A DNA stretch of 64,000 nucleotides from Azolla caroliniana (lineage: Eukaryota > Plantae > Polypodiophyta): positions 3,472,001-3,536,000 of the forward strand of contig JBHGNT010000018.1 in assembly GCA_043228905.1 (NCBI GenBank). Reading direction: 5' to 3'. Both the position numbers and the translations under genes were made by a program. The notes beneath the pieces were generated by a model. It saw nothing but the letters and a program-made list of their open reading frames with translations, did not search any database and was not told the origin of the DNA. Shown piece by piece: positions 43,991-57,787 of the stretch. Positions within the stretch are counted from its first letter, which is position 1. Each line of letters begins with the position of its first letter.

Positions 43991-46900
43991 AAAGTATACC
44001 CTACATTAAGCAACTAACTATATGTTACCAAAACATTGCATTTCTAATGCAAACTTTATGCTCGTGAACAATGGTGATTACAACATATACATTATTTTGA
44101 ATGGCAACAACAATTCAAATGAATCCATGTGTATTATTCCAAAGTAGTTGAGCATAGCATAAATGAAAATGTCCTAAAAAACGATAAACATTGAAGGGAA
44201 GATCATGCAACCACACGCCAAATTTAACAGGCATTGTCCTCTTTATACTGCGTAAAATATGCAATTATCAATGTTTTAAAGTAACATTGTTAGGAGCAAT
44301 TTGCTAGTGTGCATGGTCTTGACCTTTAATGTTCTTTATAATGAACACAACATCAAACCCATTATGTGAGAGGCAAACCCACGATCACAAACTTACAGAG
44401 CATGTTCTTTAGAATTTTGATAATGTAATATGTTGAATCTCTAAGTGCAAGACCCTAAAATCTCTTCAATAATGTCAAAAGGAATACATTACACTTGCAT
44501 TAACAAATAATGGCTTGTTTTGATTGGTGATGCTAATTGATATTGGGAATGAAAGGAAGTAGGAGGTCAAACAATTTAAAGGTACAAGGGAAGATGCATA
44601 ACCAATGTTTGAGCATTTCTATAGTGGCTTTTGCATCAACAAATGTTCAATGTAAATTATATGTATTTAGTCAACAGAGAAACATGAAAGTTGAACAATG
44701 AGAATATAACTAACAAAAATAAAAAGTCAAAGTTGTTGCTCAAGCCACGTCTGTCTTAACACATTTTCTTGATGAGAGTTTTTTGTGTGACTAAGACACT
44801 TTGCGTGAAGAATCAATTACATTTTGCATATCTTAAACTTGTTGAAGAAATCACACTATTTTGGCCTTCATTTACTTGTATCGCCTTCTATTTTTGAGCA
44901 TTGGGTGGTGGAAATGTTTTGTAAACAATTTCGGAAAGTGCTAGTTAATTGTTAATATTTATTAAAATGTCAATATGTAGTGGTTAAAATATGTACCACT
45001 CCTTGTGGCCTTGGACCCATTGTTTTCTAGTTGAAAAACTCACAATCTTAAAATAATAACACATAATCTTTTATAATGCATCATCACATTTACACTTTAT
45101 TTGCATATCTTTTTGTAACAACATTCCAATGAGAAAGGTGGACAACACAAAACACACTTATGTTTGCACATAATGTATTGTTGAGAGACAATTGAATATC
45201 ATATAGCACTTTCACTTACTAGAATGCCAAGAGAGAATTCAAGATCAAGATATACGCATGATGAAGATTTTTAATTCACAAGAGCATGCTTGTAAGACAA
45301 AGAAGAATCCAAATCTCAATATAATGTTGTATGTTGAATGAGAACAATGATCTAAAATACTATGTTTAAATAGAGGAAATCACAACCATTGTTTTCCATC
45401 TTCATGAAAACAATAGTCGTTGTTTCATAGCATTGCAACAAATGAGGCATTTCAACATATATTTATAAAAAACAATAACTCTTAAAGGTATTGCCCACAT
45501 ATGGGGAAGTATTGATAATACAATGTTTAAAGCCTTTCAATTCTTTGGGCAAATGAGAAACAAATGGAGAGATTTTTTACACTCATCCCACATCTCCTAT
45601 TTCCATTGTATTCGACCTTATAGTTGATTAATAGCCTTTTGAACAAAACGAGTAATGTTGAGTACAAATAGTTTCTTGGGGCATGTTGAGCTTCAGACTT
45701 GCTCAAATCTAAATTCCATTGGTGAGTGGATAAATTTGTGATTTGAATGTGATTAGTCAAGCATAAGCCCTAATGTGGGAGTGTAGGATGTGATAATGTT
45801 GGGCGTCCTCTTGGTACACCACTTGGTTTTGCTAGGCACGGAACTTCTTCCCTAAATGAAAAATGGAATATCTTCCTCAAATAACTAGATTCTAGTTTTA
45901 ACAATTTACACATATTGGATTCTGAGAAATAAGTAGCTTCAATTGCATATTACATTTTCCAAATCATGGCAATGTAGTCCATAGATCACCCCAAGTTTAG
46001 AGACATATAATTTCTTAATTTGGACATATATAGTGTAGTTTGGAATGTCGTCTCCTCCTAGTGTGATTAACACATGTCCTTGGACCCCATGTGATAAAGC
46101 ATCATGCCTTTAATGCACTTTGGCATATTGACATATGACCTATATTGATTCCATAATTCCCAACATATTTTTGACTATATTCAATCCCTCACAATAAAAA
46201 TTCTTGTTCGTTGATCATCATAGCAATTAGAATGCAGTCTTGAAAATCTTGATAAACTTTGATCGTGAAAGAAGGACCGTCACACCAAATTTATTACACC
46301 TAGTTATTACTCTTACAATCAAAGCTCGTGTGGCTTTTCTCGAAGAACTCAACACCATTAGGTCATTAACCAAGTGCAAACATTATTCAATGCCAAGGGC
46401 TTGATAATTGTCCTCACGATTGTATGACAAATGCAACCTAGACCATATCCCATCCAGAGTGATTCTCACTCTTTCTAGCAATACATAAAAGTCATTCTCT
46501 CACTTGACATCCCCTCTAATCTACATGTGGGGAGCTCTCCTATTGTTAGTGACCTCACATGGATGTAAGAAACATATCAACTATGAGATGTGATTTATGA
46601 CCATTGGCCTTGCTTGTTTTCTACTCAACCATTACTCGAATATCTTCCTAAAATTAGAGATGATATAATATTAATATTATCTTACATTTTAATGTCATTG
46701 TATCTGATAAGCATGTTTAAGAGTATTAAGATGTTCCTTCATAGATGATCTTGCATCCTTGTCAGTAGATTCAATCTAATAATGGGCATTTCCCTAAGTG
46801 TCACGAGTAATTGACACCATCAAGATTCCATTTAGAAATAAAAGACACGTGATAGTTGCAAATATTATGGGATGGGGCAATGTTTTCTTTCTTACCCCAA

Positions 46901-46994
46901 CCATCTCAACCCATGTTGTCACCTCTCCATAACATGGTTTGTCATGAAGGAAAATAAGTCATTCAAGTATTCATGGGCATAGTTACAACTATCT

Positions 46995-47250
46995 ACTCAG
47001 TTTTTAACAAGAATATCCTCCTCTTACTTGGGGGGGGGGGAGGACTTTATCTTTGTGATTTTTCTTCTAAGCCTCACATGCAATTATTTACATTGTTTTC
47101 AACAAGATACCATCTTCATTTATGAGGAGGGGACTTTACCTTTGATAGTTTTTCTTCCAATGATCTCATGGAGTCATCTACATTGTTTTCAACAAGATAC
47201 TATCCTCCATTACGAGGAGGGGAGCTTTGCCTTTGATAATTTTCCTTCAA
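46995..47250. repeat. ~90-bp degenerate tandem repeat (2-3 copies)
   Basis: cattgttttcaacaagatac...gaggagggg(a)cttt recurs at 47091 and 47181. Confidence 0.75.
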
Positions 47251-48919
47251 ATTATATTTAAAAAGGAAGGGGTAGTTGTAAAACCTTGTGTAGTTTTCTA
47301 ATAAATAAGCTTATCTTATGTTATGCTTGCTATCGTGTTTCCATTAACGATAGTGATAGCTTTAAGGTGTAAACCTTTTCTTATTGAGTGTTGATTCTTC
47401 AATGTTCTTAAATTTTTTAATTGTCAACATCCCTGAGATTTTGTGCACTGTTGATGTGGTTCTTGATCTGGACAAGGAGTTGTTGGGTTTCCCCGTGGAG
47501 AGCCATGTTATTTTGGTAGGATATGCAAATCCACTAACAACACACATGATCTTCAACATACATTGCAATGGTAAATACAATGGTAGATTAGATATGTAAT
47601 GTGACAATAATTAGCTATATGACTTACAAGACATGATATGATATTGAACAATCTCACCAATCACGAGAGATCTCTATCTAAAATAGGCATAGCTAGTCCA
47701 TTTAAATTATTTTAGTAAAGTCAATGGGGGTTAAAACCTTACAAGAGCTAATATTGACATTAATCGCATCTAGAAACTTGTGGATAGATCTAACACAATC
47801 TAGCTTACATGTATCTAACAATGTCATTGTGTTGAAACACAACCAATCATCACCCACCGTAGGGCAACTTAATGTGTGTGGTTACGTGGTACGTTACCTT
47901 AGCATACAACACAAAATAATATATTTAACCTTTGAAATTCTCAGTCTCTTGAGAAATGGAATATATGTGACTGTGGAGAAATAAAAATAAGGCATGGAAG
48001 CATATAAGAAGCTATAATGACGCGATGTCATGGCTTTTTGATGGGCCACTATGCACTTTTACTAGTGTAATGAGAAATCGCTTTGGGAAGTTTCCACGAG
48101 TAGTGCTCAAACTCTTCATGTTCCTCTTGGTTATATGCTTGCGGCCCAAGTTTCCATATGTAATGCGTAAATGCTTGTGTTCCAGAATCGTGCAACATGT
48201 GTTTATAGGTTTTGTACACATAAAGTCAATGATCCAAAGTACCGAGAGACCAAGCCAAAGGAACGGGGGGGGGGGGGGGGAGAGAGAGAGAGAGAGATGA
48301 CATAGGAACCCCCCCCTTGGTCGGGCCTTCACCACTACCTCATCACATCGAAATATATTATAGGAATGCAAGTGAGTGAGTGTGTATGAATAACAAAAAG
48401 AAATCTATAATATATGGTCTCATCCCATCATCATATAAATATAGCAAATAAAGAGATGCAAAAGAAAGAAAGGGAGTGGATAGTAATTTTCAATATATAT
48501 ATATAAAATGTGTTGTGTAGGTGTGAGATTACTGCTTACTCATTTTCTTGTTCTTCTACTTCTACTCTATGCTAGAGTTTTTCTTTAGAAGAAAAGAAGT
48601 TTGGAGCGCGCCCATATCGCGTCTTCATGCATATGAAGTAGTTAGTTAATAGGCTATTACCAAAAGGAGATGATAAAACAATAGTGTGGTTCCAAAGCAA
48701 TAGCTGGGGTTTTGAAGGAAGGAATGAAGGGAGAGAGAGAAGGATTGGAGGAGGACGGTATTAGGCCGTGTCGCCGTGGTCTAGGAGTAGTGGGTATCGT
48801 TGGGTGTTTGTTTCCCCTTTGGTTTGATCATCGGCCTCAGTTTTCATGAGACGTACCCAAAAGGGGGCAACAGGAGAAGAGAGAGGGAGGGGTTGGGTGG
48901 GTCTCTCGTGAGTCATCTT

Positions 48920-49125
48920 TGTCATTGATCGGTCGGTCAAATGGATGCATAGACGAGTCTCTAGCGTGTCTTCCTTGTCCTCGATCAGTCGGTCGGATGA
49001 GTCGCTAGCGTGTGTCCTCCTTGTCCTCGATCGGTCTAATGGACGGATGGACGAGACTCTAGCGCGTGTCCTCCTTGTCTTCGATCGCTCATGTGTGTGG
49101 GTGTGTGTCAGTCGGTCGAGTCTTT
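48920..49125. repeat. ~50-55-bp degenerate tandem repeat
   Basis: ctagcg(t/c)gtgtc(c)tccttgtc(c/t)tcgatc..tc recurs 3-4 times. Confidence 0.7.
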
Positions 49126-49236
49126 CATGTGTGTTGCGTGTGTGTGTGTATCTTGGTGGTTCCCAAGTATTAATGGGGAAGAAAAGAAATGTGTTAGTAA
49201 TAAAAGGAACTCCTCCGTCCCTTTCTTTGAATCGAT

Positions 49237-49245
49237 CCACACACA

Positions 49246-49278
<33 letters not shown>

Positions 49279-49327
49279 TCTCTCTCTCTCACACACACAC
49301 ACTCTCTCTCTCTCACACACACACACA

Positions 49328-49359
<32 letters not shown>

Positions 49360-49566
49360 CTCTCTCACACACACACTCTCTCTCTCACACACACACATTC
49401 TCTCTCTCACTCACACACACACACACTTCTCTCTCTCTCACACACACACTCTCTCTCTCTCACACACACACACTCTCTCTCTCACTCACACACACTCTCT
49501 CTCTGACTCACACACACACACACTCTCTCACACACACACACACACTCTCTCTCGCACACACACACA

Positions 49567-49597
<31 letters not shown>

Positions 49598-49646
49598 TCT
49601 CTCTCTCTCACACACACACTCTCTCTCTCACACACACATACACATA

Positions 49647-49685
<39 letters not shown>

Positions 49686-49716
49686 TCTCTCTCTCTCTCA
49701 CACACACACACACATA

Positions 49717-49748
<32 letters not shown>

Positions 49749-49752
49749 TACT

Positions 49753-49784
<32 letters not shown>

Positions 49785-49795
49785 CTGTCTGTCTG
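49237..49795. repeat. Compound (CA)n(CT)n microsatellite array of ~550 bp
   Basis: Alternating CA and CT blocks with a period of ~20-24 bp, upstream of the flippase gene. Confidence 0.97.
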
Positions 49796-50902
49796 TGCCT
49801 TCTTCCTCGCGACCAGAAAAACGACGACGAAGAAGCAGGCAGCAGCAGTAGACGCAGAAGCAGAAAAAGCAGGCAAAATACATATGTCTACCGCATTTTC
49901 TATTTGATCCTGCGAAACCCCTTCCCTTCCGTTTCTCTCTCCCTGATCCGCAGATAACCTCTCTCTCTCTCTCTCTCCCCCCAAACGCCCCCCCCCCCCC
50001 CCCCCTCTTGCTCTCTGCATTTCTCTTCTTCTTTTGCGATCCGCGCCATAGCCGGATTTCTCGAAAGCTCCGTCTCTCATTTCGTGCCTTCGTCTTTCTC
50101 GTCGTCTTCTTCTTCTTCCAGATCTCCGTCATCGCAATCTGCCGTTTCGTCTTCTTCTACCTTCCTTTTCTCTTCTGCATTTTGCATGCTTTCTAGATCC
50201 CGAGTCCAGCCCTAGCCCTAACCCTAACCCCGCAACTCCACCCGTCTGATCTCTTCTTCTTGTTTAGGTCTTAACCGTTTTCAAAACTAGTTTATTTCAA
50301 AGTTTACTCTTTGAAAAGAAGGCCCTTATATCCGCTCCTTGATTAGCGATCTTCTTCATCTACAAAGACATTCTCTTCCTCGTCCTGTTTCTCAGAAATG
50401 ATTGAGAATGCTTATTGAAAGATGGCACAGAAGAGATTGCAAGCAGATTCACAGAGCTTGACGTTTCGGATTTTCAAGCCTCGGACCACAGAAGAGAAGA
50501 AAGAAACAGTCGGATTTTCAATCTGCATATATTGGTATTCTCTAGCTTGTCAAGGGAGACTTTCTGAACAGTCAGGGAAGGAGATAAGGTAGAAACAGGA
50601 GGAAGACGAAGAATCTTTAATCCAAAGATCTTTGCTTCAACATGCATACCTTGATTTTTCTCTAAAGTGTAAGGTAAATCTATAAGGACTGCGAACAATT
50701 TCGGATTTTCAATCCAAGAACACAGGAAAGAAGGAAAGAAAGAACAGGATAAGGAAGAAAGTGTTGGCTACGTATTCTTTTTCATGCAGCAGGTCTCTGT
50801 GTTCCTCTAAGCTGTCAGGTGAGTCTATAAGACTTTTGGGACAAAGTTCAGAATTCAGAAAGCAATTTCACAGTTTAGGACACGATCTCACAGTTCAAAA
50901 AA

Positions 50903-53900
50903 ATGTCGTTAAGTGGCCATCATCTACTCTCATCTCCTGTTGGAAGCTTACAACAGGCGACATCACCAAGCTCTCCGGTCATGAGTGGTGGTTTTAACTG
51001 CCTCTGTGTGAATGCACCGCCACCATTAGCAGTAAATGAGGCTCGAATCTTCTCGTTCCATGAAGACCATCCTCTTATTGCTGTGGATGACGATTTCCCG
51101 ACCATTATTTCTAATGATATTAGGCCTAGTTCCGCTAAAATACCTCCCTTTCCGATGTCAGAATGTGAGATTGATGGAGTCCATCAAGTAGTTTCACACT
51201 CGCGTACTTCACTATCATTTTCTGTACCTAATCACCTCGATGAATCGGGGCATCTATTTGAAAATTTCCCTAATGAAATCAGTCTACCATCTATTGAACT
51301 ACCTGAACGATGGGAAGGAAAATATCCTTCCATTGATTCACATAGTTCAACTGCATTGGCTTCCATAGATGCAACATCTACAAGCTCCATTGATGAGAAA
51401 CCTAAATCTAAACCTCGCAGGGTGTTCATCAATGATGCAGTGAGGACTAAGGATACCAGTGATATGGTTGGCAATAAAGTGAGAACAAGTAAATATACAA
51501 TGCTTACCTTCTTGCCAAAGAATCTATTTGAGCAGTTTCGAAGAGTTGCTTACATTTATTTCCTTGCAATTGTCATCCTGAATCAGATCCCTCAGCTTGC
51601 TGTTTTTGGTAGGACAGCATCCCTATTTCCTCTGCTCTTTGTTTTAGTTGTTACAGCAATCAAGGATGGTTATGAGGATTGGGGAAGACACAGGTCTGAT
51701 ATAATTGAGAACAATAGATTAGCCCAAGTATTTTCGCAAGGGGAATTCATACACAAGAAATGGAAACGAATACAGGTTGGCGAAGTAGTAAAGGTGGCTG
51801 CAAATGCTCCTGTTCCTTGTGATATGGTTCTTTTAGGAACAAGTGATCCTAGTGGTGTTGCTTATATTCAAACTCTCAACCTTGATGGAGAATCTAATTT
51901 AAAGACTAGGTATGCTTGTCAAGAGACACAACTTAAGAAGCCAGAAATCAATCCTTTGGGAGGATGTGTGGTATGCGATCCACCTACTAGAAATATTTAT
52001 GAATTTTCGGGATACATGGAATTCGATAATCGTCAAATCTCTCTAGGCCCTAAGAATGTTATCCTTCGTGGATGTGAGCTGAAGAATACCGCATGGATAG
52101 TGGGAATTGTGGTCTATGCAGGAAAGGACACAAAAGTGATGATGAATAGTGCAGGTGCACGGTCTAAAAGGAGCAAACTCGAGTCTCAAATGAACAGTGC
52201 AACTATGTGGTTAGCTTTCTTTCTGCTCATAACATGTTTGGTTGGTGGCCTAGGTATGGGGCTATGGGTTGCGAAGCATAACAAGGTGCTTGGTTCTTTG
52301 GCTTACTACCACAAGACAGATATATCCACTGGACAGGATGTGGAATTCTACAATGTATTTGGGGAAGCAGTGTTTGCATTCTTGAGTTTTATTATAATGT
52401 TTCAGGTCATGATACCAATTTCTCTTTACATATCCATGGAACTCGTCCGGTTAGGACAGTCACGCTTCATGAGTAGAGATAAAGAAATGTACTACAATGA
52501 TAATGGGTCAGAGACATGTTTTGAGTGTAGAGCATTGAATATCAATGAGGATTTGGGTCAGATCAAGTATGTTTTCTCTGACAAGACTGGCACATTAACC
52601 CAAAATAAAATGGAATTCTATGCAGCAACCATAGATGGTGTCAATTACGATGATGGGGTGGCAGGTTATCATATGGACAGTAGTTCTTTCCAAGATTCAA
52701 TAGAAACAGGTACTGGTTAGATTAATGAGTAAAATATGAAATTCTTCTGTGCAGTTTTTTTTATTTATATGCTCGTGTTTATTCTCTTCCTTTATCTTAA
52801 AAGGTAATCAGGGGTCAAGGTTAAAGCCAAAACATCAAGTTAAAGTGAGCCCAGTGTTGTTGGGGTTGCTGGAAACAGATGAACTGACACCAAATAAGAA
52901 AGCATTGCAAGAATTTTTCCTTGTGTTAGCCATATGCAATACAGTTGTTCCAATCAAGGTTGACGAAAAAGTTTCCATGGATCAGAGGTTCCCAAATATA
53001 GAGTATCAGGCTGAGTCACCTGATGAACAAGCTCTTGTTACTGCTGCGGCAGCATATGGCTATGTCTTAATGGAACGTAGCACTAAGCATGTTGTGGTCG
53101 AAGTACAAGGTGAACTTCAAAGGTATTTTTGAGTACCTGTATTTTGTTATTGCTCTATCAAGTGAGCTTTAAGCATAAGTCAACTAAGCTTTATCCTTGC
53201 TGCTGCATGTTTATGTAGGTATGAAATATTGGGTCTTCATGACTTTGACAGCATACGCAAACGCATGTCAGTAGTTGTTCGGTGCCCTGATCAAACTATT
53301 AGATTATTATTGAAAGGTGCAGATACAACGGTTTTGAATCTGGTCAGACAAATTAGCTTACTTACAGAGATTTCTGCTGAAGAGAGGCACATTGCAAGTG
53401 TTTATTCCTCCACTTTGGCACATATTGAACAATATGCCAGAGTGGGGCTTCGAACACTTCTTGTAGCTTCGCGAGAGATGTCAAAAGCCGAATTCCAGGA
53501 ATGGGATAGTAGATTTGCAGGAGCAAGTACTGCATTAGGCAATAATAGGCTGAGTATGCTTCATAAAGTTGCAGAGACTGTAGAGAAAGATCTAATACTA
53601 TTAGGGGCAACAGGGGTAGAGGATAAATTACAAGATGGTGTTCCGGAAACTATTGCTGCATTAAGAGCAGCAGGGATGAAGGTATGGGTCCTCACTGGAG
53701 ACAAACAAGAAACAGCTGTTTCCATTGGTTTCTCGTGTAACCTTTTAACACGTGAAATGGAGATAATCACAATTAGTTCTACTACAGAAGCGGATTGCAG
53801 GAAGGCAATCCTTACTGCGATTGGAAGGCAAAGAAATAGTTTCTTGCCAAGCTCCAGCACCAAATTTTCTGAGAGCATCCAGTCAAGTCCTCTTTCTACT

Positions 53901-56528
53901 ACAGCTATTTTAAGCACTCCTTTTATGCGTTCTGATGGAGAGAAAAATGACGTACCATGGGCTCTGATCATTGATGGAAACAGTCTTGTCCATGCGCTGA
54001 AAAAGGATTTAGAGCAGCATGTAAGGCCATCAAAACTTTCTACTTTAGAGTGATTTTATTTGCTAACTAGATTGAATTTCTTGGATCCTAGCCATCAACC
54101 TTTCTGGGCTGCAACAATGTGTGAGTCTTATTTTCTGAATGAGTTAATTTTCTTTAGAAGAATAGCTATCAGAATTTGAGGTTTCGTTATTTTAAAATGT
54201 TACTATTCTTGATAACTGTCTAAATGTTGACGACAAATTTGACCTTTGGCCATGGCTTGACAGCACTTAATTGCATGGGGCTGGGATTGAGGCCGTAATT
54301 GCACTTTGGACTACATACACAATTTAGAGTCAATGTTTGTATGTGCAAATGGAGTGTAATTTCAGTTTTGTTTAGTTGTAAGATCTTGTCACATTCAAGT
54401 CCAAATCTTGTATGTGGACTGAACTTCAGTTTTCCTTATCGTCTTTTGCTATCCTTCATCATGGTCAAATAGCTCGTGGTATCTTGAGATATGGTAGAAA
54501 CTTGGGTGAGCCTACGCCTACTCTCAAGGCTTGGGCATTTATGATGTGAGTGGGGATGACATAACGTATTGATTCTTCCAATAAATGGTCTGTCCATTAA
54601 TTAAGAATGAAATCTTCCTGAGGGCTGCATCATCCATAAGGGATGTTATTTCATGGCATAATGCTCATATAGAAACTATGGGAGCATACATGTCCTCGCT
54701 ATCTCAGGGGTGAAGATGGAAGAGCACCATGAGGCCTGTATGTCCATTGGCAGTCACTAATAATAAAATGGGAACCATGACCCCCAAGTATTGTTGAAAA
54801 GCTCAAAGCTTTTTTGCGTCCTTTCACATGTCCCGGGAATGCAGTCATATGGCCTCGCATCTCCCACATCTATCTGGCTTTCTCTGCAAGTGTCCATCAA
54901 TGGTAAGTGTGTCACAACCTGCCCAGTTCTGCCCAGCGAGATCCTGTGGCATATCAAGGGAAGCTTGTGCAATCCTGATCTACTCTGACCTTCCCTTGTA
55001 GGGATCCTAAGGCTGCTGTCCCCATGCTCGGCTGGAGTGGCAAAGTGTGCTAACATACTGAATCCCAAGTGTGGTCATCCCCAAAAGAGGCAAGTAGGCA
55101 CAATATATGCAACTTGATCTATTGTACTGTGGAACAGTACCATATGCAGAGATGTTGAGTCTCCTGGTCATGTCCATAGCAAGGACAAGTGTTGCTGTGT
55201 TGCTTTTAGCCAAACCTGAACAGCGAAAGAGGCTCCCTATGTCTTTCTCCATATGCTCGAAACTACTCTCTGACCTGCCTCAGCAAGCTACCTAGAGGGC
55301 TCGAACGACCGCCGTCTACCCAAGTCTATCCGCTTGTAACTGTCCGGATAGCACCCAAGACTGCATATCCTCTTGAGTGTATCAGTAGCTGTATGTACCA
55401 TGGTATAGCACTGGCACGCTGGTAGGGTGGAAAGGTGACCCCAAGTTATGCGTAAAGACTCCACCTCTACGTGACCTCTTGATATCAGTAATGCCGTCTG
55501 CTTGTTGGATCAAGATCCATGAGACTAGGGCCTACTTGCATGACAAATCACCATTGCCTGATCTATATTAATCCTTTTGCAATGTCCTGGTCAGAAGCCC
55601 AATTGTGTAGCCCTTGATTGGCACGAGTAGGAGTGATGGGGCTAAAGGAAGTTGTGACTGTTCTTTGTTTATGAGCTTGTGTGGTTGAATTTTTATGTTT
55701 CATCAACTTCTCTTTGTGTCTCTTGGATTCTAGCAGAACCCATTGGTCATTACTGAGCCAAAGCCTTGGTTAATGAGGCAAAGGCATTATTTCATAAAAA
55801 AATAGTACAATGACAAACATATGTTCTTCAGACGCCACTCCATGATGATATGGTTAGCAAGTTCTTGTTTCTAGTGGTATGTGTGCATATCTCTTGACCT
55901 CAATCTTGAATTGACGTGAGGAGGTCCATAGCTGCACTATCACAATGCTCAACACATGGGATAGATGAATGTTTGTTTATGAGGTCCTGATGACAAAGCC
56001 ATCCTCTGATGTGTAAAAAGTGCCTTATAGTGGGCTATCTTCCTACTAGGAGATGTTGTGGGGCTGGTCTATGTTCTTCCTTATCCAATTTGATAGTATC
56101 AGTTCAAATCACTCTATTATTTTCCACTTTGGTCATGTTTAGATGGGGTCTAGAACCTAAAATCGGCCAATGAGATAAATCATGATTGCAAATATGGCTG
56201 AATCCATGTTATCAATATGAGAGAGAGGGGAGATGGAGCTAAAGAAAGTCGTGATTGATCTCTATGAATAAGTTGTTGTCCAACTTATTCAGAGAGAACA
56301 ATTGTTGTATTGCGAATAAGTAGTTGTATTGTTGTCCAACTTCTCTCTATGTCTCTTGAGTTCTAGCAAGAACAATCATATGCACCAGTGGTCTTTATAT
56401 TGCATTACGCGAGGAAGTGGGCCATAGCCTTGTTTAAAGTAGTGGTGTCTCCCTCTTTTTTCATAAAAAAATAGCACAATGATAGACATAGTATTCTTAT
56501 GATTCCAATCCCCGATGGCACAATTGGC

Positions 56529-56624
<96 letters not shown>

Positions 56625-57746
56625 GGATCTATGAGACCCAAAAAATTACATTTCACGTGATACGTGTGAAAGTCAATAGCAACTCTCGATGTTCAAGAAC
56701 ATTACCAATGAATGTTGCAATCGAGAGTGCACATTGTGGTTGTCAGAGAAATTCGTGCAAGGATTGGGCTTGGTCGAAGATGTGTGGAAAGCATGGTCGA
56801 ATATGATCAAAGGCAGAGCATTGTATCAAAGTGTGATACTCAGACTCGCGAACTTGTTTAGGGCAAAGTGTGCATAGTCGACCACTCTCATCACTTGTGC
56901 CCCAATGCCCCGCCTCATATCACAATGCATGTGAGCTAAGTTGCATGGAAGCAATGGTTCGAATAGAAGCCAATGGAATGGGCTCTAATATGTATCAATG
57001 TGTACGGTTTCCCCGTTCCACGAAGAATATGGTTTTGTAGTTAGGTGCAACATGTGTAGTAGAATGTATGAAGCACGAGCCTCCACATTTTTCCCATGTC
57101 ATGATACAATGGCGTTGCAAAAAGGCCTCATTTACAGAGGAATCTAGTGATGCATCATGAAGCAAATGTGTTGCATCCCATCTACCAAACCACTTTTTCA
57201 TATCTTACATCCAATTGGAACACAAAATTTTGCTTTTATGTGTCTTTTGGATCTTTTTGCTTGCTTCCCATGCGATTCTAGGAAGTCAATGTGAGGGACT
57301 TTTTTGAACCTTAAGCATGTATTCAACAACCCTTTCCATGGTCAAGATCTCAATAGGAAGTGATCTCGTCTCAAGGAGGAGGATGTATGGCGTTTGTTTC
57401 TTAACTTGTAGAAACTTTGTATGAAAATGTTTTTGGACATTTTCAAACTCGTTCCAAGTAGATTTAGGGATGCTACCACCCCATAGAGAAGCACCGATGT
57501 CACCAAAGTGTCGAAAAGGTATTTCTTGAGGACCCAACACTTAATATCTCCACGATTGAATGTGTTCTTAAATGCATAATATGCTCGCTTGCCTCTAAGC
57601 GGTGTGTAGCACATTCATTCCATTTATGATTTGAGGGAACTTCAAAGCCAAGATATTTGAAGCTTTCCACACATTCAAGTGGCTCATATTGTACATAATG
57701 CATGGGTTATCTCTTGTTAAGCTCTTCACAATCATAATCTTTGTTT

Positions 57747-57787
<41 letters not shown>

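Noticed and set aside
48761-50196. Long His/Thr/Leu/Ser-rich ORFs of up to 320 aa
   Set aside because: They are translations of (CA)n(CT)n microsatellite, which lacks stop codons.
54480-55700. Possible nested gene in flippase intron 3
   Set aside because: Only short ORFs with no recognisable motifs. Probably decayed TE sequence that I cannot classify.
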